This document shows positions 22,629-34,600 of a stretch of 64,000 nt of DNA, piece after piece. The first letter of the stretch is position 1. The number at the start of each line of letters is the position of its first letter. The notes beneath the pieces are model-generated. The model saw only the letters and a list, made by a program, of their open reading frames with translations, ran no database searches and was not told the origin of the DNA. A program made the translations under genes and the position numbers. Source of the DNA: Raillietiella orientalis (Eukaryota); contig JAYWIR010000018.1 in the NCBI GenBank assembly GCA_036172245.1, forward strand, positions 1,798,001 through 1,862,000, read 5' to 3'.

Positions 22629-25600
22629 GTACGTGCCGAGCGCGGGCGGGTGGAGGGGGAAGCGCATGGAACCCGGGAAGGGAAGAGGACGGACGCCGTG
22701 CCCAGCCCGCGCCCCTGCCGTCCCACTCCCGATGCGTCCAGCGCATCGTTTGTGTGTGTGTGTGTGTGTGTATTTTGCCTTTTGTTCTTCCTCTTCCGGT
22801 TTGTTGTTTGATTCGATCGTCGCTTCCTTCGCGGGGAAACCCGCTTGGCGGGAAAACGCGCGCGCACGCGCGGTAGGAGGAGGAAAAGAAAGAGGGTGGG
22901 GGAAGGAGAGAGAACGAAAATGAAATTGGCGCGTGCGCGTTGCCGCTGCCGCCGCGGACTCCGGCGAGCGGAAAGAGGGGAGAAGTCGGGGGACGAGAAG
23001 CAACGCGGAGCTTCCCGAATGGAGCGCGCGCCGCCTGTGGCTGAGAGCGGCGTCCGTTTTCCCGCGCGCTTCCTATTCACTTCCCCCTCTCCCTTTTTCC
23101 CTCCATACCCCCCGGCGGCCGAGACGACCGCGAGGAGGAGTCCTGCCTCCACCCTAGTCCCAAGGTCGCTTCCCCAAGGGGGAAGCGACACGATCGTCTG
23201 AGGGTTCCCCTCCGCCCCCCTGCCCCGATCGTTCTGGCCGGGTAGCCCCAAGGTCACGTGCAGCGTCCTGTGCGGGCCAGCAACAGCCTTGGAGCCTGTC
23301 CGCCGCTTAGGCCACGGGCAGGGGGTCACGTTTCGAACGTCACGGAGCTGCCCCTCCTCCACGCTCGTCGATTCGCTCCCAGTCGCTCCGAGTCCCCTCT
23401 CCGGACAAGGGCGGGCTGGGGCGGCCGGTGGCAGCTGCATCGCGACCCGCGTGCCAGATGGGCGGGGGAGAGCAGCCATGGGTCGGCGAGGGTGACGAGT
23501 CGCCGTCGGGACGCATTCCCCCCGGGGCACTCCCGCCGCCGTTGCCGCCACCGCCCTCGGGCAAAGCCGGCAGCGGGCGCTTCCGGCGCGCGCGCGTGCG
23601 CCTGGCCTGGGAGGCGCCTCCGCCCGGAGGGAGAGGCGTCACCCGAGCGCGCCGGGTGCCCCCGGTCGACCCTGTCCCGATGCGAACTCGGGGCCCTCCC
23701 GGAGGGCACTTCCGGAATCCAGAAGGCTCAGTTGCACCCCGTAGCCCCTCTCTTTCCTTTCCCATTCTCCCCCGGTTTCCTTCCTCTCTCCCACTCGGGA
23801 GCGCCTCCAGAAGAGGAGCGCTTGCACGCAGCGCGACCTCCGCTGCGCCAGCGACAAGCCCCGCGGCTGCTGCTGCGGCGGCGGCTTCCCTTTCCGTCGC
23901 AACGCATCGGTGAAACGAAAGCTTCTCCCCTGTTTCCACGGCAACCCGCGGGCGCGCTTTCGTGACTCCGGCGGACACGGCGGCTTTCTGGCCGGATACC
24001 TTTCGAAAGACTGCACTTTCACACCATGCCCTCGCGACGCCCTGCCCCCCCTCTTTGTCCTCGGGTCACTCCCCGCATGTGTGCGGGGAAGGAGCGAGGG
24101 CCGTATAGGAGGCACACCTCTCTCCGGGCACTTCCGGTGGGCCAGGCCGTTCAGCGGAGGTTTCGTGCCGACCACCTGAGGTCGCTTGGATACGCCCATA
24201 CCCTTCTGTGTCCCCCGCTGCAGGGAGGCCAGTTCTGAGGGGCGTGGAGTCTTCCTGCCTTTCGGCTGCCCCTTATGCCCTTCTCTCTCCCTTCGCAGAT
24301 CTGCGGGGTGGAAGGGAGGGGGCATAGTTAATCCCAGATGGCAGAGTGGGGTTGCCGCGGCGAACGTCGCGAGGACGTCGAGGAGTTTCTGCGAGGCCGG
24401 GAAGCAGACTGCAACTTCCCTAAGTCTCCTCCTCGCAGGTGGGCGGGTTCGGAAGAAGCCTGGAAGGCAACGGGCGTTTCCCGGACGGCAGCGGTGTCGA
24501 CGGCGATCTCCCTGGTCGTCGTGGAGCCATGCCTCCGCCATGCTGCTCCTTTCCACTCCATGGCCCAGACAGCGCCGCCTGCTTTCCCAGAGTCTTCCAT
24601 TGGCTCTGGCCCGGAGGTTGCGGTGCATCGTCGTTGCGTGTGGAAGGGGAGTCGCCTTTTCCGGGATCGGTTGGCGCTTCCTACGATGGTGCGGGTAGGG
24701 ACAGGTGGGCGCCCGTGATAAGCGAACGCCCTTCTCCTGCTCCTCTGCCATCCGCCCCTTCCTCGAGGCGTGCACAGCCCCTGAAGTGGGCTCGGCTCCT
24801 ACTTCCAGGCTCGGGGGCGGCTAGTGAGGGGGGGAGGGGCCCCGCGTACGTGGGGTTCCCGTGCCCCGGGACGCCGTGGTGGTCAGGAGACGACACTGCG
24901 GTTGCTACGCATAACAGGACACCACTGTCCTTGAACGCCTTCTTCCCGGGCGCTAACGGTAGATCGCCGCCTGAAGGACTTCCGTTTCCGGGTTGCATGT
25001 CCTCTGGGCGTCAGGGGCGGGAGAGGAAACGGGGCGAGGTGCGGCATGTCCGAGCCGTATTTCCGTTGGTCCTCCCACGCTCTCTCCCGGGTAGGGAGGA
25101 GGGGGATGCGAAGCGTACCTCGTCTCCTCTCGTGCCGTAAGGAATGGCCTTGCCTATGTTAGCGCGTCGCCAGTAGGGACGGAAAGTGCACGATGTTTTG
25201 GTCGTTGCCCGCGGCGACGTGGAAGTCCAGCCGCCCGCGTCGACAAATACCGTGCCTCGGATGATGGGAAGCGAGCTTTAGCATTGCGATCCTCTTGGGC
25301 GCTGGGATCGTCGGGCTGGTCGCCATCGAGGGTGCCGGCACCAATCTACGCAGGCGGTCGAGGAGGCGCACGCAGCGGCTTTGCAGGAAGGGGCGAGAAA
25401 GCCACCCCTTCCGTTGGGGTCTGCACGTCGTCCGCTCTGGGTTGCCTCGAGCTCCATCTTCCGGAGATGATGCGAAGTCTCGCCCTTTGTTAATTCAGCG
25501 CCGCGTGCGCAGTGCTTGGTGCACTCATCGATAGAGACTGGGAACTTCCCTGCTTGCCGCGTGTGCTGTCTCCCGTGGATAGACTCCTGGGCGCCGATCT

Positions 25601-28600
25601 CGCCCTCCGTCCGAGTTGAGACCACGGAAAGACCCCTCGTCACGGCGCGGTAGCAGCTCCTTCCACCGCTGCACCGTCGCGGCGCTGCCCTCGTCGCTTC
25701 CTCTTCGTCTTGCGATCCGCTGCAGAGAGGCTGGCTGCGCTGTTTTGGCCTCCCTGGCGCCCACGGCGCCTGGCTCACAAGTTTACTTCTTTCGCCGCCG
25801 TCATCCCTACGTCTAATCTCTACGGAGTTGCTGCGACAACTCTGTGCGTCCAGCCTTCCTACCCTGTCGCTAGCCTTTGCCTGCCTCTTCTGGATTTTCC
25901 CGGGCGCCCATGCGCCGGCGCTCGCAACCTCCCGGGTTTGCTTGGGCGGACGGGAAGAGCCCACTTTTCATGTTTCGTCGACTGCCACTGCTGCCGTCCT
26001 CCTCCCCCCCTTCCTCGTCGAATGCCGGATGCTGCGTGAGCGGCCACCGCCTCGCGATCTCTCGAGCCGTGAAGCGGGAAGAGAGGGCGAGGAAGGTGGA
26101 AGGAAGGGCGTTCCGATCGGCGCGTCTTCCTCCTCGCACACGTCACCAGAATCCCCACCTCGGGTAGATAACGCCGCGCGCTCCGCCATGGATTCCACGC
26201 GCGAGCCATCTATTTTTAGGCCGGCACCGAGTCTAAAAATTTCCAGCCCGCTGTTGGCCTCGTTTACTGCAGCACGTTGGCTCCTTGCGCGCCTCTTCGT
26301 GGTCGACCGCGTGGCGCGTGTGCGCTGCAGCCACTCTGGGGGAGTGACTCGGCCGTTCTCCCGGAGCGTCCTTTGGGATGACTGCCCTCACCCCCTCCTG
26401 ATACCACTTGGCCGTTGACCGCAGGGGACCTGATGGGTGCGAAGCGGGAAGCCGGCTCAACAGGGAGAAAATAGGGCGGGGGAAGCGCCATGGGCGGCAG
26501 CACCTCTTGTTTCCGGCCGAGTGGAATCTTTTGGGGTGAACAGCGGTTCCTGCCGATGGGATGGCGGACGGAAGAGCCTCCAGTTTTCTCCGAGGCTCGG
26601 TTCCCGGTTGGTCGAAGCTCAAGGATGTTCCTCTTCCGACGTCCTCCTCCTGGAATCTGGGAACTTGCGCCGTCTCTCGCAGCAGCACTCGCGTAGGAGC
26701 GAGTGCTCTGCTTTTTTACTACCTTTTTCCTTGCCCCTCTCCCCTCCCTTCACCCGTGGTTCTTCACGATTCGCTTTTCCATACTGGATGCTTCCTGGAG
26801 TTGGCGTCCGTGCGTAGAAGGATGGCGATCGGGGTACGACGCGCTCGCACGCCGGTCTGGAGGCGAGCAAGAGGGATGCTCCCTTTTTTGTTTTCCTCTA
26901 GGGAAGCACTTGGAGCCCAGAACAGTGGCGGAGGAAAGGGTAGGTACGTTGACGCGAGGAGTCACGAATGGGATGTGGGCGGGCAGCGTGGGGGCTCCCG
27001 GCCTACAAGAGACGGTCTGGAGTTGTTTCGGGCTCTTGGCTCGTTTCCAAGAGCAACCCGCTCCGAAGCTGGAGGTGCGTGGGGGGCGACATCTCACCTC
27101 GAAGCGTCTCCCGCGCGCGTTGCGCATGGGGGAGAGTGGCCTGAAGACGAGGTCAGGGAGGGGTGGTCTCTGTCCGCGTTCCGCAATTCGGCGGAGGAAA
27201 GCGGAAGGCACTTCCCCGGGGGTTCCAGGAAACGCTCCGGAAGCACCGTTTCCAGCCTTCCCGCTGTCGAACGCGTCGGGTTTCCCGCTTCGTGGAACTC
27301 GCTCTTCCTGCCTTCCCGCTCCGCGCACGGGAAGGAAGCGAGCCACGCGCTTTTCCTGTGGCCTCCCCGTGTGCTCCTCCTATCCCAGAGTGACGCTGGT
27401 CAACCTGGGGAGACCATCATGAAGCGGTCACAAGAGCAAAAGGTTATTTTCATGGTTTTTCCTGGATGCCGTCCACGAGGAGCAAGCGGAGTGACGCCTT
27501 GTGTGTTTTTGTTGTCTTTCGCCAGCCCCCACCCGCTCCCACTCCTGGCAAAGTTCCGCGCTCGGGGTCTTCCGCTCACTCGCTTTCGTGCTGACGCCAT
27601 GAGTCGGGACGGCCTACGCCGCCTCTCGCGCGCGCCTTTCCCGTCCGCTCTCCAGACGGCGAGGGCTGGCGCGTGCGCCGACATGCGGCAGCAGAGGGAA
27701 TCACCGGCGCTCGAACGGCACACGCACAGGAAATAGATCAGTGGAAGTCGGGGGGAGAGTGGAGGGAGGGGGGAGAAGAATGAGCTGCCAGAGCTGATCT
27801 GTTTTCTTCCCGTTGGTGAAGGACCGCTCTGCGCAGGCACATCAATGAATCCTGTAGGCGTCAGCAGGAAGGTGCATGCGTTGTTTGGTCGCCGGGCGCT
27901 CCTGCTGACATGCGTGTTCCCGGAACCCACTGTCCCCGGCGCCGTCACATGCTGGTTCTGCGCAAAGGCGGGGGGGAGGGGTGTTCCTTACGGGAGACTT
28001 CGCGCGGGAGGCTTCTGCATCCGCCGGAACAGATCCTTTCTTCTCTCTGCCTCAGAATCACGCACGCCATGTTTGCTCGGCTGTTGGAATCCCGAAATGA
28101 GGAGGGGAGGAAGGTGAAAAAAAATCTGCCAGATGACTCTGTGCTCGTTCTCTGTACTCCTCCCCCTCGCTGTCGTCGTCCTATTCTCGTTTTCCTTTGA
28201 AATGCCCTCTTGGGGTGCGAGCGTAGCCGCTTCTGCCATCTCCCGGGGATATCGGGAACAAAAAACTTTCCCAGCCCGCTTCGGCGCTTCTCGATCTTTC
28301 GACCGCTTCCTTTCCCTCTGTGGCGAGCTCCTGCCACGGGGCTCCATCGAGGGAGCCATCACCCGCCTGCTCAGGTGGCTTGCGGCTGGGATTCCTCCTC
28401 CTCCCAGTGCGAATTCGCTGTCGATGCCTTCCTGCCTCCTCTCCTGAATTTTCCGGCCGCAGAAACACGAGGGAAAAAAAAAAAATCGATCAGTCGGACG
28501 GTGGACGCCCGTTGAAAGTCCGTTGGGATCGGAGCGGACATGCCATCCCCGATTTTCACGCGGAGGCAGAGGGAAGCACCAGCAAGCTTTCGGCACGCGA

Positions 28601-31600
28601 AAGGTCATCCTGCTTCCGCCCCATCGGAGTGGGCAAATCCACAGATCGCAGCGCGCGCGCGGCAATGCGGTCTGGGACCTGACGCTCCCGGGCCTGCAGA
28701 CTCCTCCCCATCTGGTCTCTCGGAGGCTCAGAGGAGGTGGCACCGCTGTTCCGAGCCCGCGGAACCTTCGCTTTCCCCACCCCTTTCACCCCCTATCCTC
28801 TTTCGCGCTTCGCGTCTGCCTCGCATCCGAGCGAATATAGGCCGCCTTGGCTGGGCGGTGCTGGTGGAGGGCAGTCGGGGCTTGCGGACGCTCATGCACG
28901 TGCGACTCCCTCCCGTCTCACGCGTCCCTTTCAATCCCTGCGTCCACTCCGGCTCATGGGAAGTTCTGGCTGTTGCCCTCAGAGCAGGGGGCCGCACCGC
29001 CGCTCCCTTCTGCGCCCTCTTAGCAGCCTCTACGTGGCGAGAACGGCAAAAACGGAAAGAGGGTTGCGAGGGGGTGTTCTGCTGATCGCACCGCTCTAGC
29101 CTCGAGGCTTTTTTGTGTTCCTTTGGCTTTTCGTTGCCCCCCTCGCCGCTGCACTCGTCGCCTGGGTTTCCCGATGCCCGGTTAGCGGGAGCAGCGTAGG
29201 CTCCCGGTCACGGCTGCGCTCCTTGCGCTTTCAGCGTCGCCAAGAGTGTCGCTGGAGCTGGAATGCCGAAGCGAGAGTGGAGGAGGCGAAGCCCTCCTTG
29301 TTGGCGCCCTTGCTGCCTCTCACGAGGACGTGTGCGAACAGGCCCCCTCCGACCCCGATCGCGTTCACTCGAGTCCAAGACCGCCCGGACGCCGCTTTCG
29401 TTTTCTGCCGCTGGCGCGACCTCGTGTCCCCGGCAGCTGCTGCCGGACCGGTGGTGCCCGAGACTCCACCATCTCCCAACGTTTTCCAGGAGAGGAAGCA
29501 TCCCTTCATGCGTGTCTTTTCTTGCAGGAGCCTTCTTGATCCCATACATCATCATGCTCTTCCTGGCCGGACTCCCGTTGAACCTCATCGAGCTAGGAAT
29601 CGGCCAGCGGATATCGCAGGGCTCCGTCGGCGTCTGGAACACCATCCACCCCTTCCTCGGGGGTCTGGGGATCTGCAGCGCCCTCATCTCCTTTTTTGTC
29701 GGACTTTACTACAATGTCGTGATCGCGTGGTGCTTCTACTATCTCTTCAACTCTTTCAGGGTAAGTGAAGGGCCCGCCCACGGGCGGGGAAACGGGCGCG
29801 GAAGGAGCGGACGCTCCCAAGTCGTGCGCTAGCAGCCTCCAGCGAGAGGCGCCCCCTTTCCTCGTCCGCGAGGGCCTAGGGACTTCTCTCAGGGTCCCCT
29901 CCTCCGGTCGAGGTCAGGTCGGTGTTTTGGTGGCGGTACGCCGGGCGCCCTCCGATGGCGCCTGCCGTTTGGCCGCGCTTTCCCGAGCGCGCCCGTCGCA
30001 GGGATGTCTCGGCGAAAGGAGGAAAAGAAGAGGAGAGCAAAGAAGGAAGGAAGGAAGGAAGGAAGGAAAAGGCCACGGAATGTCTGGTCTTCCGTCCTAC
30101 TGAACAAACCCCCCGGAGGGTGTTACCGAGCCTCTTGGATCCCGCGGAGTCGCGATCTCTCCTCTTTGTTTCGCGCATTCCATGATTTCACGATTCTTTT
30201 CCTCCCCCCCCCCCCTCATCTTCGTTCACTGCTGAAGTTCTTTGTCGCCTTTTTCGCCCCTTGACGGAGTACTCCCTCCACACGGACACATTGCCCGGAG
30301 AGAGTTTTCCCTCGTTATTTTTTTTGAATATTTATGTTTGCACGTACGCGTATCGGGAGGCAGCAGGGCTCGCGCTCTTCGCCGCTGATCTCCGCGTCGT
30401 TCGGCAGGGGGACGGTGACCACCTCGTCATTCGAGAGAGGTGCGGCGGAGGCGGACGGCAGGAAGTCGTCATTTCCTCTTCCCCGGCATGCGCGCGCGTG
30501 CAGTGTGTCAACACCCGCCCACGCGCGACGGCACCCGGCCCGCGGACGTCTCTCGATGGGCGGTCGGGTTGCCTTCCGAGAAGCTCCGCTGCCTCCGCTG
30601 CCGTGAGGAGGGTTGACCAAACAGGGAGGAACTGCTGCTGGCTGGCTTCTGCGTAATCGGCGGAGCAGTAGGGAGCCCTGCCATGGCGACCCCGAGTGCT
30701 TCCCTATTGGGGCGCTCGTGCCAGACGGGTTTGGCATCGCGGAGCGGCCTGGAGGCTTCGGTGTCCCTTCCTTCCTGATCACTCCTTGCTCCCTACCTTC
30801 TCCACACGGTCTTCTGCGGTCCTCGGTGCTCCTCGTGAGATTGGTTGTCGGATTGCAAAAAAAAAAAAAAAAATCATTGATTGACTTCATGTTGACCTTG
30901 TGATCTCACAGTCTGTAATTTCAGATTAAATTTAAATGTTTGTAGTTGCTATCCTCACGGTACTGTCGCGTTGGATTAGCATAAGATGCTTTCCTCTAGC
31001 ATGTGCGAAAGAGAAGCTTCTTGTGAAGAATCTGTGCTTTGATAGAGAGCAAGGAAATGTCAAACATCTTGAAGATACGCTGTCGTGCCAAGATGTCATT
31101 CCGACCTCAGTCGGTTTGAGTTTTTGCTCGAGTCTGAAAGCACTCTGGACCCGAACGTTACGCTCCCTTCGCAAGAAGGGCCATCTCGAATCATCCTGGT
31201 AAGGAAATGCTCTGGTCAGTGGTTCCAAAAAAAGATGAGTTTTTTTTTCTTTTCTTTGTGCGCGCACTCTCGCCGTCTAGGTTTGAGGAGGGGAGGGGGA
31301 AGGGGCCGACGCTCCTCCGAAGAACGTGGCTCCGACGGAAAGCCTGCCGGGATCGCTGCGCCGTTCCGAGCCGTACAACTTCAAACCCCGGGGACGCAGG
31401 CTGTGGTTTTCCACCGTCTGGGATAGGCAACCAGGGGTAGGGGACACCAGGATCGCCTCTTCCTTCGCCACGGGCTTCCGGCAACGCGGTGCGTGTTCCC
31501 CCCCCCCCCCTCGAGGTGGGATTGCGCCTGCCGTAGGAAATGCTATGAAACCTCCCACCCGTCCCGCGCAGGTGGCTGCACATGCTAGCGGGGTTGAGAG

Positions 31601-34600
31601 ATTGCAGAGGCAGCCATCTTGTCTGTCTGGAGGAGTTCTTCTGCTCCTTCAGAAGGGACCATGTGGTAGGCGGTAGGCACAGAACATTCCCTGATCGAGT
31701 TCTCTGCAAGCATCTCTTGGTTCCCTAAAGCGGCAGAGGCGCGAAAGTGGCGCCCTCCCTCCGACGAGTCTCCTTCCTGGCTTTAGGGGAGTGGAGGGTG
31801 AGGGGTGGAGAGTCGGTCCAGTCGATTCTCCCGCTCGCGTTGCAGCTTCGCCTCCAGGCGGGCTCACACGACCCCCGGTCGAGTTCCCCTTAAAGTGCTG
31901 CCCTCTCAGCATTAGAGAGCAGGCGAGCAGCAAGAGGGATTTGGTCAGTTCGGTCACGGAAAGCAGGGACGTAGCCTGAGGCTGCGCTACCTCAGGGAAC
32001 GGCCAGTGTGTTCCTGTTTCCCAGCAACGGAAGCAGAGTGCTTTTCTATTTTGCCTCCACGGTGGCAGCGTCTTGCGGAAGTGTGGCGGAGTTTTTTTTT
32101 GCCTCTCCGTTCCCGCAAGCATCGCTGCGACCTTATCGGCATCTCCGCCTCCCAAAGCACTGCATCGTGAGCTCCGAGAATGATGAGGAAGGAAGAGGTC
32201 AAGCGCAAAGTCACAGTCAACCCCTCGAGCCCTCGAGGGGAATGGAGCCACGGCAGCTCCGACAAAGAAGACCTGCTGCGGACGAGAAAGACCCTGGAGA
32301 GATCAGAGACTGCGCGAGCGAGTGGTGGTCGCCTTTATTCCCATCGGGAACCGCGTTCGGCTCCGCCGGAAGTGAAACCCGAACGTCTTCCGATTCTCCG
32401 CAAAAGCACAGGAGGACCGGCAGTAGCGACGATCACACGGGAACGGAAACGAAAACGAGGAGGAGAGGAGGAGCAATGGGATGTCCGGAGGTGGGAGGAC
32501 CTCAAGTTCCAGCTCTCGACTTACTGGAGGCGGAGGTACGGAGACAACGCCCTGGGCGCGTGGGTTTCGCCACAGGAACCTTGACCCCACCCACACTGAG
32601 GGTGGTCCTCTTCCTGTGGGGACAGCGCTGACAGGATTCGCGTTTGCCCAGGTGTGATGGAGAAAGCCGGCTCCCTGTTCTCAGTGGCAGCTTCCCTGGG
32701 GCTGTTGAACCCTGGTTCCTCTCGCGTGGACCAGCTCCAAACGTCCTCCTGACGGTCCAAGGCATCCCGTGTTTTGCTCCTCTCGCCCTTCCGCGGATCT
32801 GCTGCTAAGAAACGCTGATAACTCGTAACCAAGTGCAGCACGTCTGTGTGCGCGTGTGCTCTGGTGGGTGGTGTGGGGATGGGGGTGGGATGAGGATAAT
32901 GGGGCATTTTTTTTTCAAATAGTGGTCATGGTTGCTTTCTGAAAGACACGGAAAGTATTCCAAAGAAGACTTTCATTTACACGATTAATGACAACATCGT
33001 TCATCTAGAATCCGTTGCCATGGTCTGAATGTCCCACGATCAACGATACTGTATTACCAGAATGCGAGAAATCATCACCTACAGCATACTACTGGTACCG
33101 AGAAGCCATTGACACAACGTCTTCCATCAATGAAACTGGTGGCCTCAAATGGTGGATGGTAATCTGCCTTCTCTGCGCGTGGATCATCGTTTATCTCTGC
33201 ATGATGAGGGGAATACAGTCCTCGGGAAAGGTATGAGCCTGCTGTTTCCTTCGCCCTTGGTAATTTTTGCCTGTGCCCACGTCTCGCGGTTCCCTTTTGT
33301 TCTCACTGAGGATAGCTTGTTTGAGAAGGTTGTGCCAGCGAGTGGATGGTTCTTAACGTTCGTGGGCTGGCCCCTTGTGCGACCTTGCAGCTCGCACCAG
33401 CGTCCGCGAAGATGCGCCATTTGTCACGTGTTGTGTATCCTCTTTCAGATCATGTACTTCACCGCCCTGTTCCCGTATTTCGTGCTGCTCATCCTGGCTG
33501 CCAGGGCGCTAACTCTGGAGGGTGCCTTCCTTGGTTTGAAGTACCTCATCGTACCGAGGGTAAGGATTGACGTTTCGTTCGAAACCGCCCCCGAGGGAGA
33601 AACAGGGAACCCTAGCTGAGGTCGAAAACTCGTTTTACTTGCGTTCGCGCTGCTTCTCATGTGGGAAGAGCACGTGGACCAATGCTCCGTGAATGAGCAC
33701 ATCGGCAGCCACTGCACCTCTTTTTTTTCCTCCTGTATTTGCTCCCGCGATCGCGTTTTCCTGCGGCCCGGCTCGCCTGGTCCAGGAGCACTCCCAGACA
33801 TCGGTTCTCCACTTTGCCGTCGACCCGACCGCCATCAACACCCGAACCCGGTTGCCCCGGGTTCGGCTGTTTGCTGAAATCAGCTATTTGGACAGGTGCT
33901 CTTAGCGGCTCGGCGCCGGCCTTTCGTGGGAGAATTTTTCACTCCTTCATCGATGATGTGCGTTCTGGCTCCCTCTGGCGCCGGCAGGGTGTGTTTTGTT
34001 CACTCGCCGGAGCTGGCTTCGAGTTCATCATGGGATCATATTGGTGAACCCGCGGACTTTCCATTTTGTGTGCGAAGGAGCAGAAGAGGTTCGATGTGTC
34101 GGAAAAGGCGAAAGAAGAGGGAGCTCAGCTTGGGCGACGACGAGGTTTCAATAGAGCCTCCTCAAGCCTCGAGGAAAACGTGAATACAAATGAAGTCACG
34201 TGACTTGGAAGTTCCGCAGAGAACCGTCTGACGGGGAACGTTTGACGCAAAAGAATTCCCGATCCTTTCAACGCACGGTTGCCGCCGTTGCATCGATTTA
34301 TGGAGGGAGATAAGCGAAGCTCAAGTTCAAGAGTGCGTCGATATGCTTCGCTAACAATATGTGAATTGCGGTGCATCCCCTGCAGGATGCTGCATCCGGA
34401 TAGCCGATCTGGAGAGAGACACCTCAATTCTGACATGATGAACAGTTGTGACGTACGGAATCATAGAACGGAAGGAAGGATGGGAGCGAAGGATTTTTTC
34501 CCCCTCCTTTCCGTCGAAAGTTGCAGCATTTGGGAGTCGAGAGCTTCCTCGGACAACCTGCCTGCTCAATATCTTCCTGCCTCCCACATGTGGGGAAAGC

